A stretch of DNA of 64,000 nt from Alkalispirochaeta sp. GTDB lineage: Bacteria; Spirochaetota; Spirochaetia; DSM-27196; Alkalispirochaetaceae. Positions 7,543-17,914 of this stretch are shown here, piece after piece. The notes beneath the pieces were generated by a model that searched no databases, was not told the DNA's origin, and was given only the letters and a program-made list of their open reading frames with translations. The position numbers and the translations under genes are program-made. The stretch is taken from assembly GCA_965601925.1 (NCBI GenBank), contig OZ271854.1, forward strand, positions 3,840,001-3,904,000. The letters run 5' to 3'. How positions within the stretch are numbered: the first letter of the stretch is position 1; every line of letters begins with the position of its first letter.

Positions 7543-10209
7543 TCAATCGAGCGTGCGCTTCCAGCGGTAGATGAGATCCAGCGCCTCCCGCGGGGAGAGG
7601 GTGTCCGGATCGATCGTCGACAGCTCGCCGGCTACAAGATCGCCCGGTCGAAAGAGCTCTCCCACGGCCGCCGCCGGCTCCGTGCTACTCGCGGCGGACG
7701 ACGATTTCATATCACCATCGCCGGATTGAGATCGGCGGAGCGATTCTCGGCGGCTCTCCTCCGACGCATCTCCGCCGTCCTCCAGACGCGCCAAGATTGC
7801 GCGGGCACGCGCGATGACCGAGTCCGGTAATCCCGCCATACGCGCTACATCCACACCGTAGGAGCGGTCACCGGCGCCGGCGCGTAGTTTCTTCAGGAAT
7901 ACGATGCGCTCGCCGGAGTGATCCACAGCCATCCCCAGAGCCGAAAACTGCGCGTGCTCGAGCGCCGAAAGCTCGTGGTAATGGGTGGCGAAGAGTGTTC
8001 GCGCGGCCACGGCCTCCAACAGGTGTTCGCTCACCGCCCAGGCGATCGCCAGCCCGTCGTGCGTACTCGTACCGCGGCCGACCTCATCCATGATCACCAG
8101 ACTGTGCGGCGTCGCGTTCCGCAGGATATTGCTCGTCTCGTTCATTTCGACGAGAAAGGTCGACTCTCCGCGTGCGATGTTGTCCGATGCCCCGACTCGG
8201 CAGAATATGCGATCGCATAAGCCGATCCGCGCCGTCTCCGCCGGTACGAAGCTTCCGATGTGGGCCATCAGGGTAATTAATGCCGTCTGGCGGAGCACCG
8301 TCGACTTGCCCGCCATATTCGGCCCGGTAATGAGCGCAAATCGCGGAGCGTCCTCGCCCAGCAATACGTCGTTTTCTACGAACTCTCCGGGTGCCAGGTG
8401 CGACTCGACGACCGGATGGCGCCCGCCGCGAATATCGAGCGTCGGGTGTTCGACAAGTGTGGGGCGTCGATACCCGCGTAGCGTCGCTCCGCGCGCGAAT
8501 GACGCGACCACATCGACGGAGGCGATCCGCTTTGCCAATACCGACAGCAACGGCATATGGATCGCCACTCGGCGTCGCAGTTCGAGAAAGAGCTCCTGCT
8601 CGCGCTGCAATGCGGCCTCGCCCGCGTTATTGATCTCGGTCTCGAGCTCGGCCAGCCGCGTCGTGGTGAATCGCTCTGCGTTCGCCAGGCTCTGCCGACG
8701 GATGAAGTCGTCCGGAAGCCGGTCGGCTTGGCTCCTGGGGACCTCGAAGAAGTGGCCGAGGACACGATTGTATCGAATCTTCAGCGAGGAGATGCCGGTT
8801 TGGGTGCGCTGCTCGGCGAGGTATTCGTCCAAGATGTCGCGACTGCGGCGTTGGAGGGATCGGAGGCGATCGAGCTCGGAGTCGAAGCCGTTTCTGATGA
8901 TGCCGCCGTCGGCGAGGGATACCGACGGCTCGTCGTCCACGGTTTCGAGGATTTCGTCGCGAAGGGAGTGCAGTGTACGCCACTGGTCGGCCGTATCGAC
9001 GAGTCCGGTCTCGCGAGCCTCCGGGGCCGTGGTGTCGCCGTACCAATCGGGAATCAGCGCGGCGATGTCGCAGGTCGCGCGTAGCGTATTGGCGATCGCC
9101 ACCAGGTCCTTGGGATGCGCTTTTTCGACGCCGAGCCGCCCCACCAACCGCTCGAGATCGTACGTAGAGGCGAGGTGGCCGCGGAGCGCCTGGAGGACGT
9201 CTTGCCGCCGGTAGAGCTCCTCGACGCGATTCAAACGCTTCTCAATCGCTTCGATATCGCGATCCGGCGTAAGGATGCGGCGTCGAAGCATCCGCGACCC
9301 CATGGCGGTTTCACAGTAGTCCAACGCCTCAACTAAGGTGTATGACTCGCCGCCGTCCTGCATGTTCCGGATGAGCTCCAAGTTGCGGATCGTTGCGTCG
9401 TCGAGTATGACGGTGTGCGTATCGCGATGGCGACGCACGCCGGCCATATGACTCAGCACGTGCCGAGCGTTATCCTCCAAGTACTCCAAGAGCGCTGCGG
9501 CGGGCAGGAGCGCCGGATCGTCCTCCTCGATACCGAATCCCCGGAGGGACTGCACGCCGAATAGTTCGGTAAGACGTCGAAATGACTGTCTCCGGTCGTA
9601 GCCCCAGTCGGGAATGCGGTTTATCACCACGGTGGAGCCGGTCGCCGAAAGGCCGCCGAGCGTCTCACTCGATTCGAGCAACGACTCCTGCACCACGAGC
9701 TCGCGCGGTGACAGGCGGGCCAGTTCACGGCGGATAATCGTCTCTCGATCGCCCCCGGGGTTCGTGAGGGCGTACGCAGCGAGGCAGAGCTCCCCGGTCG
9801 ACACATCGCACCACGTGAGGGCGAGGTGATCGCCTTCCACGCCGAAGGCGGCGATGAAATTACTGCTCTTGGGATCGAGATAGTCGAGGTCGAAGACCGT
9901 TCCCGGCGATAGAACCTCGACGACCTCCCGTTCGACCAGTTGCCGGGAGTCGGGGGCGCTCGTCTGTTCGCATACCGCGACTTTGCGCCCCTGTTTAAGA
10001 AGGCGGTGGATGTAGGTCCGCGCCGCATGGTGCGGTACACCGCACATCGGTACGTTCTGGCGTTTGGTTAGAGTCAATCCGAGAAGACGCGCGCCCTCGC
10101 GTGCGTCCTCCCCGAACATCTCGTAAAAGTCGCCCAAACGGAAGAACAGGATCGCGTCCCGGTGGCGGGATTTGATCTGCTCATACTGTGTGAGCATCGG
10201 TGTAGCCAT
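7543..10209 (-). CDS. mutS: DNA mismatch repair protein MutS
   Basis: TPMLTQY, FFRLGDFYEMF, ITGPNMAGKST, STFLVEM, DEVGRGT, FATHYHEL. Confidence 0.98.
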   Translation of the reverse strand: MATPMLTQYEQIKSRHRDAILFFRLGDFYEMFGEDAREGARLLGLTLTKRQNVPMCGVPHHAARTYIHRLLKQGRKVAVCEQTSAPDSRQLVEREVVEVLSPGTVFDLDYLDPKSSNFIAAFGVEGDHLALTWCDVSTGELCLAAYALTNPGGDRETIIRRELARLSPRELVVQESLLESSETLGGLSATGSTVVINRIPDWGYDRRQSFRRLTELFGVQSLRGFGIEEDDPALLPAAALLEYLEDNARHVLSHMAGVRRHRDTHTVILDDATIRNLELIRNMQDGGESYTLVEALDYCETAMGSRMLRRRILTPDRDIEAIEKRLNRVEELYRRQDVLQALRGHLASTYDLERLVGRLGVEKAHPKDLVAIANTLRATCDIAALIPDWYGDTTAPEARETGLVDTADQWRTLHSLRDEILETVDDEPSVSLADGGIIRNGFDSELDRLRSLQRRSRDILDEYLAEQRTQTGISSLKIRYNRVLGHFFEVPRSQADRLPDDFIRRQSLANAERFTTTRLAELETEINNAGEAALQREQELFLELRRRVAIHMPLLSVLAKRIASVDVVASFARGATLRGYRRPTLVEHPTLDIRGGRHPVVESHLAPGEFVENDVLLGEDAPRFALITGPNMAGKSTVLRQTALITLMAHIGSFVPAETARIGLCDRIFCRVGASDNIARGESTFLVEMNETSNILRNATPHSLVIMDEVGRGTSTHDGLAIAWAVSEHLLEAVAARTLFATHYHELSALEHAQFSALGMAVDHSGERIVFLKKLRAGAGDRSYGVDVARMAGLPDSVIARARAILARLEDGGDASEESRRESLRRSQSGDGDMKSSSAASSTEPAAAVGELFRPGDLVAGELSTIDPDTLSPREALDLIYRWKRTLD

Positions 10210-10228
10210 GCGGACTCGGTGTTATCGG

Positions 10229-10759
10229 TTAGCGGTCACCCATTTGCACGAGGCGCTGCACGACCTGATCGCTGATATCGACCTCGGCCGACCACCATTG
10301 GAGCCCGGCGACGTCCGTTCGCAGCACAACCGTATATCCCTCGCTCTCGGCGACGAACTGAATGGCATCTTGGAGGCGACGTAGAAAGTCGTTGGAGAGA
10401 AGGCCGCTTTGGCGAGTCTCCAACTGCTGCCGTCGGCTGCGGGTAAGATCCTCCAAAAAACGCTGCAGTTGAAGAATATCCTCATCCAGGTCCGCCATGC
10501 GTCGACTGTTCCCCTGCTCTTGGGCCAACAGTCGACGGTCGCGCAGAGCCTCTAATTGTGCGACCTGCTCATCGATCTCCTCCTGGTACTCCTGTCGAAG
10601 GCGTTCCAGTTCGCGGACCTCTTGGGAGTCGCGAAAAAAGGAGTTGTACACACGGTTGATATCGACGATCCCTACCGTGGTGAGCTGCTCACCGTAGACG
10701 GGGGCGACGGCAAGCACGATTACAAGAAACAGCAGACTTCCAGTAGTTCTCTTCATCAT
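10229..10759 (-). CDS. skp: OmpH/Skp periplasmic chaperone
   Basis: Signal peptide, VGIVDINRV, coiled coil, VAESEGYTVV, DISDQV; next to bamA. Start is one of three tandem ATGs (10756-10762). Confidence 0.85.
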   Translation of the reverse strand: MMKRTTGSLLFLVIVLAVAPVYGEQLTTVGIVDINRVYNSFFRDSQEVRELERLRQEYQEEIDEQVAQLEALRDRRLLAQEQGNSRRMADLDEDILQLQRFLEDLTRSRRQQLETRQSGLLSNDFLRRLQDAIQFVAESEGYTVVLRTDVAGLQWWSAEVDISDQVVQRLVQMGDR

Positions 10760-10776
10760 CATTCTCCAGAGTAGCG

Positions 10777-10913
10777 CGGTATTGAGGCTCTTGTAAAAGT
10801 GCGTGTTTCAAAAGCCTCAATATCGGGTCGAAGTCATAATTATATACATGGTATATAATTATGACTTCTAAAGGTCCTGGCGTTCTCAAAAATCGGTCAT
10901 TTTTGAGAACGCC
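10777..10913. repeat. Cluster of three consecutive inverted repeats (MITE/REP-like)
   Basis: IR1 CGGTATTGAGGCT..AGCCTCAATATCG (10777-10825); IR2 perfect 18-bp arms GAAGTCATAATTATATAC-ATG-GTATATAATTATGACTTC (10830-10868); IR3 perfect 15-bp arms GGCGTTCTCAAAAAT-CGGTC-ATTTTTGAGAACGCC (10879-10913). Confidence 0.85.
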
Positions 10914-10917
10914 TGTA

Positions 10918-13563
10918 TTAAAACTCGATTCCGATTGTGAAAATCAGATCGAGACCTCGGCCGCTGTCCGAGTCTCCTCCGCTGAAGAGGTTTCCGGTTT
11001 GCCACTCCACATCACCGTCTTCGTCGATTTCAAAACGACGCGCGAGATAGAGCCGAATCGGAAATTGCGGAATGACGAAACGAATGCCCGTACCGACGGT
11101 AAAGAGCCAGTCCTGGGCCGTAAGGTCGGTGAGGCGTTGGCGATCGTCCCAGTCGGCCGCGTCGGCGTCAAAGGTACGTAAGGTCGCGGCCTCGAAAAAC
11201 GTATCCCACCATATGATCTGCTCGGAAAGGGGCATACGGAGTTCTATCCAGTTGTTCCACAAAGATGAGCCGTTGCTCTCGAACGGCCAACCGCGGGCAT
11301 TGAACATGCCGTCGATACGCAGGAGGTCGCTGTCGGAGGTTGCGAAGTAGCTGTCGTTTCCTTCCCGAAGGTAGAAGTTGGGCAAGATGAAACTCAGACG
11401 CGACTGTAGAGCGAGTACCATCCTCCAGTTCCACTCCCCGACCGGCACGTCCCACAACGTGAAGTACGCCTCGGCGGTGCTGTCGGTGCGCACAAAGTGA
11501 CGCTGACCGCCGAGAAAACCGCCGACGAAGGTAACGTCTTGATCGAGTCGATAGCCGCTGGACGGGCTGAAGATGAAATCGCGATTGTCGAGCGCCACGC
11601 CGACCGTCCACGAGTTGCGAAAGCGCCACGTGTTGAGGTTGTTGCGCGTCGTCTCGTTCGCCGGACGGTAGATCGTATCGTCGTAGGTAATGTAGTTGAT
11701 GCTCGTACGCAGCGATGTACTCGGAATGAAGCGTCCCACCGGCGTACGAAAGGTGTATCCGGTATTGACGCCCAGACCGATGCTGTAGGCGAGATAGCTC
11801 ATCAAAAACTCCGACGGAATCGACGAGGTGGTATCGCCCAGATACTCGTACTCCGTCTGGAGGCTGAGATCGCTGATCTGATCGGACGTCGGAATTCCCG
11901 GGAAGCGGTCGCCGGCGGTGTATGTCTGGCCGCCGAACTCCCGCGTATCGGTGAAGACGTAGTCGTCGTTGGAGAAGGGGTCGGGGACCGCCTCGTCGTC
12001 GTCATTGTAAATCGGCGCCAACGCATCCTGCGGCACGTTGTTAACCATGCTCCGCTGAAACGAAAGGTTGACACCGCCCGACCAGCGGCGGCCGAAGAGC
12101 CACCGTTCGAGGAAGTTGAAACTGACTTGCTGGCTGAGGGGCGACGCAATCGCTTGAATACCGAACGTCTGACCGCGACCGCGAAAGTTACGATCCTGCC
12201 ACTGCACCTGCGCCGAGACCGGAAACTCCTGGCTGCCGCCGAAGGCGAGTCCGAATATGATCTCCGCGGTGTTGCCCTCTTCAAGATTGATAATCAGATC
12301 CATCAAGCCGTCGGCGCTTCCCTCGGGCGTCTCGGGGGTTATCGAGTTGAAGTATTGCAGATTGCCCAAGTTTTGCAATGCGGCACGGATTTGAGTGGCG
12401 CTGAACACGTCCCCCACCTCCAAGGGAATCTCGCGCTCGATGACGTAGTCGAGTGTCTTCTCGTTCCCGCGGATGATGATGTTTTCGATATGCGCGCGAT
12501 TATTCTCGACGATGTTAATCGTGAACGAAACGAGGTTCTGCTCCTCGTCGCGCGTCTCCTGCAGGGTAATACGATTAAAGATGTATCCGCTCTCATAGTA
12601 GCGGTCGGCGACGCGCTGGTAGTCCTGGTTGAAACGGTTGAGGTCGAGAATCTCTCCCTCCTGTAGGCGAACCAGTCCACCCAAATCCTCATCATCGAAG
12701 ATCGTGTTACCCTCGAATGCGACGCCTCCGAAGGAGTACTGCTCGCCCTCCTCGATGAAGAAGGTGATCGACATGAAGATCCGTTCGGCCTCCGGGTCCT
12801 CGCGAAAGGTCTGCTCGACATCTACGACATCGGCGTCTATGAATCCCTCGCCGAAGTAATAGCGCTGGATTCTCGTACGGTCGAGGTCGAGCGTGCTCGC
12901 CTGAAACACGCCGTTGTTGAATAGGCCCTGGGTGCGCAGCTCGATCTCCCCTCGCAGGGTCGATTCGGAGGCGAATTGATTCCCGACGAAGGTGATCGAT
13001 TCGATCGATACGCGATTACCCTCTTGAATCGTGAAGCGGACGATGTTTTCATCTTCTTCCTGGATAAACTCGGACTCGATCTGTACGTTCGGATAACCTT
13101 GCTCGACGTAGAGGGTACGCAGCGCCTCCTCGTCGATCCTCAGCCTGCTACGAGTTATCATATCGCCGCGAGTCAGGAGCACGACCTCCAAGAGGCGATT
13201 TCGCCCGAGTCGATTATTGCCGACGAACTCGATGTCGGTAATGACCGGGCGCTCGCGCACGTCGAATCGCAGAACGACACGGTCCTCAGAGCCGTCGTCG
13301 GGACGCTCCGCGTTGGGAATGATCTGTTCGAAATAGTCCAACGCGTACAAACGCCGCTGGAGTTCGAGAAACGTCGGCTCGGTAAACTCGCGACCGATAA
13401 ACGGCTCGACGACCGCCGAGAGCTCATTCTCGGTAATCGTGTCGAGTCCGTCGAACACGATACTCTCGATCGGTTTGTCGAGATACCACTCTTCATTTGT
13501 CTGTGCTTCTAATATTCCGGCCGTCAATACCAGTATAGGCAGGGCGTAACGCAGTAGTCGCAT
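10918..13563 (-). CDS. bamA: Outer membrane protein assembly factor BamA
   Basis: ATG at 13563 with GAGGG RBS and signal peptide; POTRA repeats; NFRGRGQT; IDGMFNARGW; C-terminal Phe. Confidence 0.95.
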   Translation of the reverse strand: MRLLRYALPILVLTAGILEAQTNEEWYLDKPIESIVFDGLDTITENELSAVVEPFIGREFTEPTFLELQRRLYALDYFEQIIPNAERPDDGSEDRVVLRFDVRERPVITDIEFVGNNRLGRNRLLEVVLLTRGDMITRSRLRIDEEALRTLYVEQGYPNVQIESEFIQEEDENIVRFTIQEGNRVSIESITFVGNQFASESTLRGEIELRTQGLFNNGVFQASTLDLDRTRIQRYYFGEGFIDADVVDVEQTFREDPEAERIFMSITFFIEEGEQYSFGGVAFEGNTIFDDEDLGGLVRLQEGEILDLNRFNQDYQRVADRYYESGYIFNRITLQETRDEEQNLVSFTINIVENNRAHIENIIIRGNEKTLDYVIEREIPLEVGDVFSATQIRAALQNLGNLQYFNSITPETPEGSADGLMDLIINLEEGNTAEIIFGLAFGGSQEFPVSAQVQWQDRNFRGRGQTFGIQAIASPLSQQVSFNFLERWLFGRRWSGGVNLSFQRSMVNNVPQDALAPIYNDDDEAVPDPFSNDDYVFTDTREFGGQTYTAGDRFPGIPTSDQISDLSLQTEYEYLGDTTSSIPSEFLMSYLAYSIGLGVNTGYTFRTPVGRFIPSTSLRTSINYITYDDTIYRPANETTRNNLNTWRFRNSWTVGVALDNRDFIFSPSSGYRLDQDVTFVGGFLGGQRHFVRTDSTAEAYFTLWDVPVGEWNWRMVLALQSRLSFILPNFYLREGNDSYFATSDSDLLRIDGMFNARGWPFESNGSSLWNNWIELRMPLSEQIIWWDTFFEAATLRTFDADAADWDDRQRLTDLTAQDWLFTVGTGIRFVIPQFPIRLYLARRFEIDEDGDVEWQTGNLFSGGDSDSGRGLDLIFTIGIEF

Positions 13564-13580
13564 TCGGGTTCCCTCTGATG

Positions 13581-16500
13581 TCAATAAGAAAATGACCACG
13601 AAAACGTGAACGTGTTGTCTCTGATAAAAAGCTCCTCAGGATTCTGTGGAGCAAGGTTCCACTCCAGCAGGAAAAATGGTGTTTGCCATTCTAAACTTAT
13701 TTCCGAATCAATCAAGACCCCATCGATGCGTTCGATCTCTTGGGTTGCCGGGTCGAATACGTCTCTGGATCTCATCTGTACAAGGAACTGTCCGAATACC
13801 GCGTCCCCCAAATATCGTCCCATAAATACCGATGTGTTATTAAGATACGTTCCAAGAGACGGTGTAGTCTCCTGCACCGTCGTATCCGCGGGGTTGATCG
13901 CGGTAATCAAGAGATTCTGTATAACGCTGGTTCGCACGGCAAAAAGGTCAAGGTCGAATTGTTCGCGTACCGCATCTTCAAAACGGCGAAATACGCCGAA
14001 CTGCGTCGCGATATTGGTCGTGGACAACAGGGCGGTCGAGAGATTTACCGCGGCGCTTCCTTGCTGAAAGATATCGCCGCCCAGTATCGCGACGATTTCA
14101 TCACCTTGTAGCGTGGGATTCGACTCAAAGCGCGGACTGAACTCGCTCAGCCGCTGCCCGTCGGCAACGAGGTATATCCGTACCGGACCGTCCGGCGTAA
14201 CGTCGCGAATCTCCGCCCGTGCCGTGAGGCGCGGATCGAAATCGTCCTGATTCTCTTGAAAGTCGATACGACCATCGCGGATGAAGAAGTTTCGATCAAA
14301 GTAAAATACGTCGCCGCTTTGGATCGTTACCGAGCCCTCCATCGCGAAGATCTCGTCCGACGTGTCTGCGACGATGGCGACCGTCTGATCGACGGCAAAG
14401 TTGCTTCGCAGAATGGGAAAGTTGCTGTCGGGCCAGAGAAACTGTACACCTCTGCCGGTCTCGAGCGTCAGATCGAGCTCGAGGTTCCGTCCGGGTGTCT
14501 CTCGATCCGTCTCATCTTCCGTCGCGGCCAGAGCGATATTCGCACTGGAGGCGGTGACGTCGCCGCTGATACGCATCTCGCCTCGGTCGCCGGCGATACG
14601 AAGGTCCCCGCGTCCGAACCCTTCTATTTCGACCGGTCCCAGTACGCTCTCGATACGCATGCCGTCCTCGCCCGCGATCGCCACGTTAAGCTCGTATCCT
14701 TCGACGTTGAAGCGACTGAAAGCCGCCCTGCCGTCGAGGGTAACCGGCGCATCACCGACTATCGTCGACGTCGTGGGCAACCGAACGGTCCTTTCCTCGA
14801 AGATAAGCGTACCGTCGATCGGTCCGATCGTATCGGGAGTGAGAAATAATCCCAGCGAGAAGCCCCGAACGGAGAGCGTGCCGAAGAAGTCGGGATCTCC
14901 GGGAGTGCCGATTATGCGTACCGATCCCCGCGCAACACCGCTGTCTATCTGTGCCGCATTGAGCGCGATCGCGCGAGACAGCGCCGGGAGATCCGCTACG
15001 ACGTCGGATGCGTTCACCTCTATTTGTCCCGGAGTAATACGTCCCGCCGCGTCAAACCGAATCGGGAGCGGTTCAGATGCGGTTATGGAGAAGTCACCGG
15101 CATCGGTTATCATCCCGTCGACGGCGCGATCGTCGCGCTCGATGCGGGTTACGCCACCCGACCGATCGAGTCGGTACAGGCCGGCCGCCACCGAAGTAGT
15201 CGTCGCCGTGTCGCCGCCGAGTGTCTGCATCGGGCGCACCGTGAGTTCCGCAGCCATCGGTCGCGCTACCAGCTCTCCCACATCCAACACATCGAGCGAG
15301 CCGACCTCGGCTGTAAGCGACACGTCGTACGCCGTGCGTCCGGCGGCCTGGAGGATACGCCCCTCGCCGGCTATCTCGCCGGTGGCGCGTTGCACCGTGA
15401 GTGAGGAGATTTCGGTTCTCGTAGTGCCGACCCGGAGCCTCATCTCGTCGATGGAAAGCGTATTCGAATCGCCGAACGCCACCAACCGTCCCTGAAGTTC
15501 CTGTTCGTCTACCCGCACGATGTCGCTTTCGAGGAGGACGCGCACCTGCGGCTCGTCTACGGTGCCGACCATCTGGAGTGCGCCGTGGACCGTGCCGGTG
15601 CGTGCGCGCGGCCAGAAACGCCGAACCGGCGAGTCGTTGAATCTGATATCCAACGCCGTCGCGCCTCCCGCGTATCTACCGGCGATACGATATTGCTCCG
15701 CACTGTGAAGGGACGCGAGCCCTCCGTTCACCTGGATTTCGACCTCTTCTTCCGCCCCGTAGGCGACCTCGAACGTTCCGGCAAGGGTGCTGAAGCCGTC
15801 ATCCAGCTCAACTACGGCGCCCTCTACGACGCCCGGGCCTATGCTCAACACCGCAACCGCGTCGGCTCTCCCTCCTCCCGGTACGGGGAGACCCGTCAGG
15901 CGGAGTTCCTCTACGGTGATGTACCAGTTGCTCGAGTCGAAGAAGAGGCCTTCGAGGCGCGCGGCCATCGTTGCGCCCCCCGCCGGAAGCGGCGTTTCTC
16001 GTATCTGTCCGTCGAGCGAGAACGCTCCTCCCGCGGTGCGTCGCAGACGCACGTCGATGTCATGGGGACCGAATACGATGAGCCCGTCCTCGGCGGTATA
16101 CAGACCGCGCAGGGAGTACGGAACCGAATTGATCGATAGATCGGTGCCGAAGTCGATCGTCCCTCCCGAGGCGATGCGGAGAAAACCGTCGGCATAGACG
16201 CGTAGGTTGTCGTCGTAGAACATAAAACGTTCGACGATTACCGTACCGTCGCGGTATTCGCCGGAGACACGTGCGACACGGTTGTCATCATCGGGATCGC
16301 GGAGCGAGAGCTGCGGGAGTCGTACGTAAAGCGACTCCTCACGCACATCGAGCCGCACGGAGCCGGCCGCCACGGTCCGGGAGAGCGCGGCTGGTATCCC
16401 TACCGCGTATCCCAACTGGGAGAGAAGCGCGTCGATACGGTGCAGGGAAACGTCGTAGAGCGAAACCTCCGCGGCAACGTCATCGAAGGATGCGAAGCGT

Positions 16501-17861
16501 GCGTCCGTCTCGATCCGCCCCGACCCATCCGGCTCTACGGAAAAGGCGAGGCTTGCCGAATGGTAGTGCGATCCGCGATCGAGCCGGCCGTCTATATCGA
16601 ATAGGTCGACCTCGCTCACGCGCAGCCCCTCGGCTAAGATGGTCGCTCCATCCGGCGAGCCTCCCACCACGGCCCTCCCCGAGAACGTCGGTAACTCGCC
16701 GTAGGCAAAGCGGTTCAGTGAGAGCGTTCCGGTCGGCGCCGTATCTCCGATTCTATAGCGGCCGTCGAAGCGAGCCTCGCCGCGCGAGGCGTGCACGAGG
16801 AGATTCGGTGCGGTAAACGTGCCGTCGTCGAACCGATAGTCGGTGGATATCCGAAGCGGTTCGGGAAGGACCGGAGAAAAGAAGTGTGCCGCCACGGTAC
16901 CTTCGGCCTCTCGAATCCCGGTCTCGGCGACGAGGTGAAGCGCGGAATCGGTGGTAATCGACGTCGATAAGAGCGGTGTCCACCGTTCCCACGGTCCGTA
17001 GAACTCGACGGATTCGGCCGGGACGTACGATTCGCTTTGAATGTCTATGCGAACGTGTCCGGTCTGCGGGTCGAAGAGTGCAAACAAGTCGAGGGGATCG
17101 TCGCTCCGAATGCGTTGAATCGATACGTTTTCGGTCCGCCTTTCGATACGAAAACTCTGATCGTCGAGGTGGAGGTGACTGCCGACGATATCGCCCACGT
17201 CGATACTCGCAGAAAGCTCGCGGCCCTCCCGATCGCTTGCGACGTCCGCCGAGAGGCGCGCCGCAAGGGTGAACGGATCGTCGTCCATCGTCGCCTCGGC
17301 GCTCATTCCGGCCCGGACGGTGCCGGTTATCGACTCGCGGTCGAGCGTAAGGGTCGCCCCGACGCGATCGAGGCCGACGCGGCGCTCCCCGTCGGCCATT
17401 TCTATGAAACCGTGCCGCACTTCGATCCGAAAGTCGAAGAGTCCGCGGCGATTCTCCCTAATGAAGTCGATCGTATTGGAGAGACGTCTCCAGTCTTCAT
17501 CGGTAACGAGCTCGATGTGCGGTTCCACGATCGTGAGGGCGGTAATGAGCTCATTGACATTGCCTCGAAAGAGGCTGCCGATGTTCACCGCGATCGTCAC
17601 CTCGCGAGAGCGCATGTTGTCCGAGATTCGTACATCCGATATCGCGATGCCGCGAAAGACCGACGGACTGACGGACCCCCACTCGAGTCGTTGGTCGATC
17701 TCCGATTCCAGAGCCGTGATGGTATCTCTCCGGAATCGGTCGCCGGCCGCCTCGATCCGTGCTATGAACAGACGACTGGAGAGCGTCGCGACGGCCAACA
17801 CGACCACCACGAGGCCCACGCTGAGAATCGTATTACCGGTGCGATGTGTCCTTCTGCCCAT
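13581..17861 (-). CDS. tamB: TamB-like translocation/assembly module protein
   Basis: 1426 aa; N-terminal TM anchor; beta-rich; C-terminal GDVFYFDRNFFI...FDPRLTARAEIR; directly upstream of bamA as in other spirochaetes. Confidence 0.8.
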   Translation of the reverse strand: MGRRTHRTGNTILSVGLVVVVLAVATLSSRLFIARIEAAGDRFRRDTITALESEIDQRLEWGSVSPSVFRGIAISDVRISDNMRSREVTIAVNIGSLFRGNVNELITALTIVEPHIELVTDEDWRRLSNTIDFIRENRRGLFDFRIEVRHGFIEMADGERRVGLDRVGATLTLDRESITGTVRAGMSAEATMDDDPFTLAARLSADVASDREGRELSASIDVGDIVGSHLHLDDQSFRIERRTENVSIQRIRSDDPLDLFALFDPQTGHVRIDIQSESYVPAESVEFYGPWERWTPLLSTSITTDSALHLVAETGIREAEGTVAAHFFSPVLPEPLRISTDYRFDDGTFTAPNLLVHASRGEARFDGRYRIGDTAPTGTLSLNRFAYGELPTFSGRAVVGGSPDGATILAEGLRVSEVDLFDIDGRLDRGSHYHSASLAFSVEPDGSGRIETDARFASFDDVAAEVSLYDVSLHRIDALLSQLGYAVGIPAALSRTVAAGSVRLDVREESLYVRLPQLSLRDPDDDNRVARVSGEYRDGTVIVERFMFYDDNLRVYADGFLRIASGGTIDFGTDLSINSVPYSLRGLYTAEDGLIVFGPHDIDVRLRRTAGGAFSLDGQIRETPLPAGGATMAARLEGLFFDSSNWYITVEELRLTGLPVPGGGRADAVAVLSIGPGVVEGAVVELDDGFSTLAGTFEVAYGAEEEVEIQVNGGLASLHSAEQYRIAGRYAGGATALDIRFNDSPVRRFWPRARTGTVHGALQMVGTVDEPQVRVLLESDIVRVDEQELQGRLVAFGDSNTLSIDEMRLRVGTTRTEISSLTVQRATGEIAGEGRILQAAGRTAYDVSLTAEVGSLDVLDVGELVARPMAAELTVRPMQTLGGDTATTTSVAAGLYRLDRSGGVTRIERDDRAVDGMITDAGDFSITASEPLPIRFDAAGRITPGQIEVNASDVVADLPALSRAIALNAAQIDSGVARGSVRIIGTPGDPDFFGTLSVRGFSLGLFLTPDTIGPIDGTLIFEERTVRLPTTSTIVGDAPVTLDGRAAFSRFNVEGYELNVAIAGEDGMRIESVLGPVEIEGFGRGDLRIAGDRGEMRISGDVTASSANIALAATEDETDRETPGRNLELDLTLETGRGVQFLWPDSNFPILRSNFAVDQTVAIVADTSDEIFAMEGSVTIQSGDVFYFDRNFFIRDGRIDFQENQDDFDPRLTARAEIRDVTPDGPVRIYLVADGQRLSEFSPRFESNPTLQGDEIVAILGGDIFQQGSAAVNLSTALLSTTNIATQFGVFRRFEDAVREQFDLDLFAVRTSVIQNLLITAINPADTTVQETTPSLGTYLNNTSVFMGRYLGDAVFGQFLVQMRSRDVFDPATQEIERIDGVLIDSEISLEWQTPFFLLEWNLAPQNPEELFIRDNTFTFSWSFSY

Positions 17862-17914
17862 TTCAACGTCTACGTGATAGAGTATCGTATCACAGAGAGG
17901 GAGAACCTATCAGG

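Noticed and set aside
10830..10868. AT-rich palindrome as a chromosomal dif site or CRISPR repeat
   Set aside because: Arm spacing does not fit the 11-6-11 dif layout, and there are no repeated units with spacers.
13581..14000. AT-richer stretch at the tamB 3' end as foreign DNA
   Set aside because: It encodes the conserved TamB C-terminus in frame, and is more likely to hold internal promoter signals for bamA.
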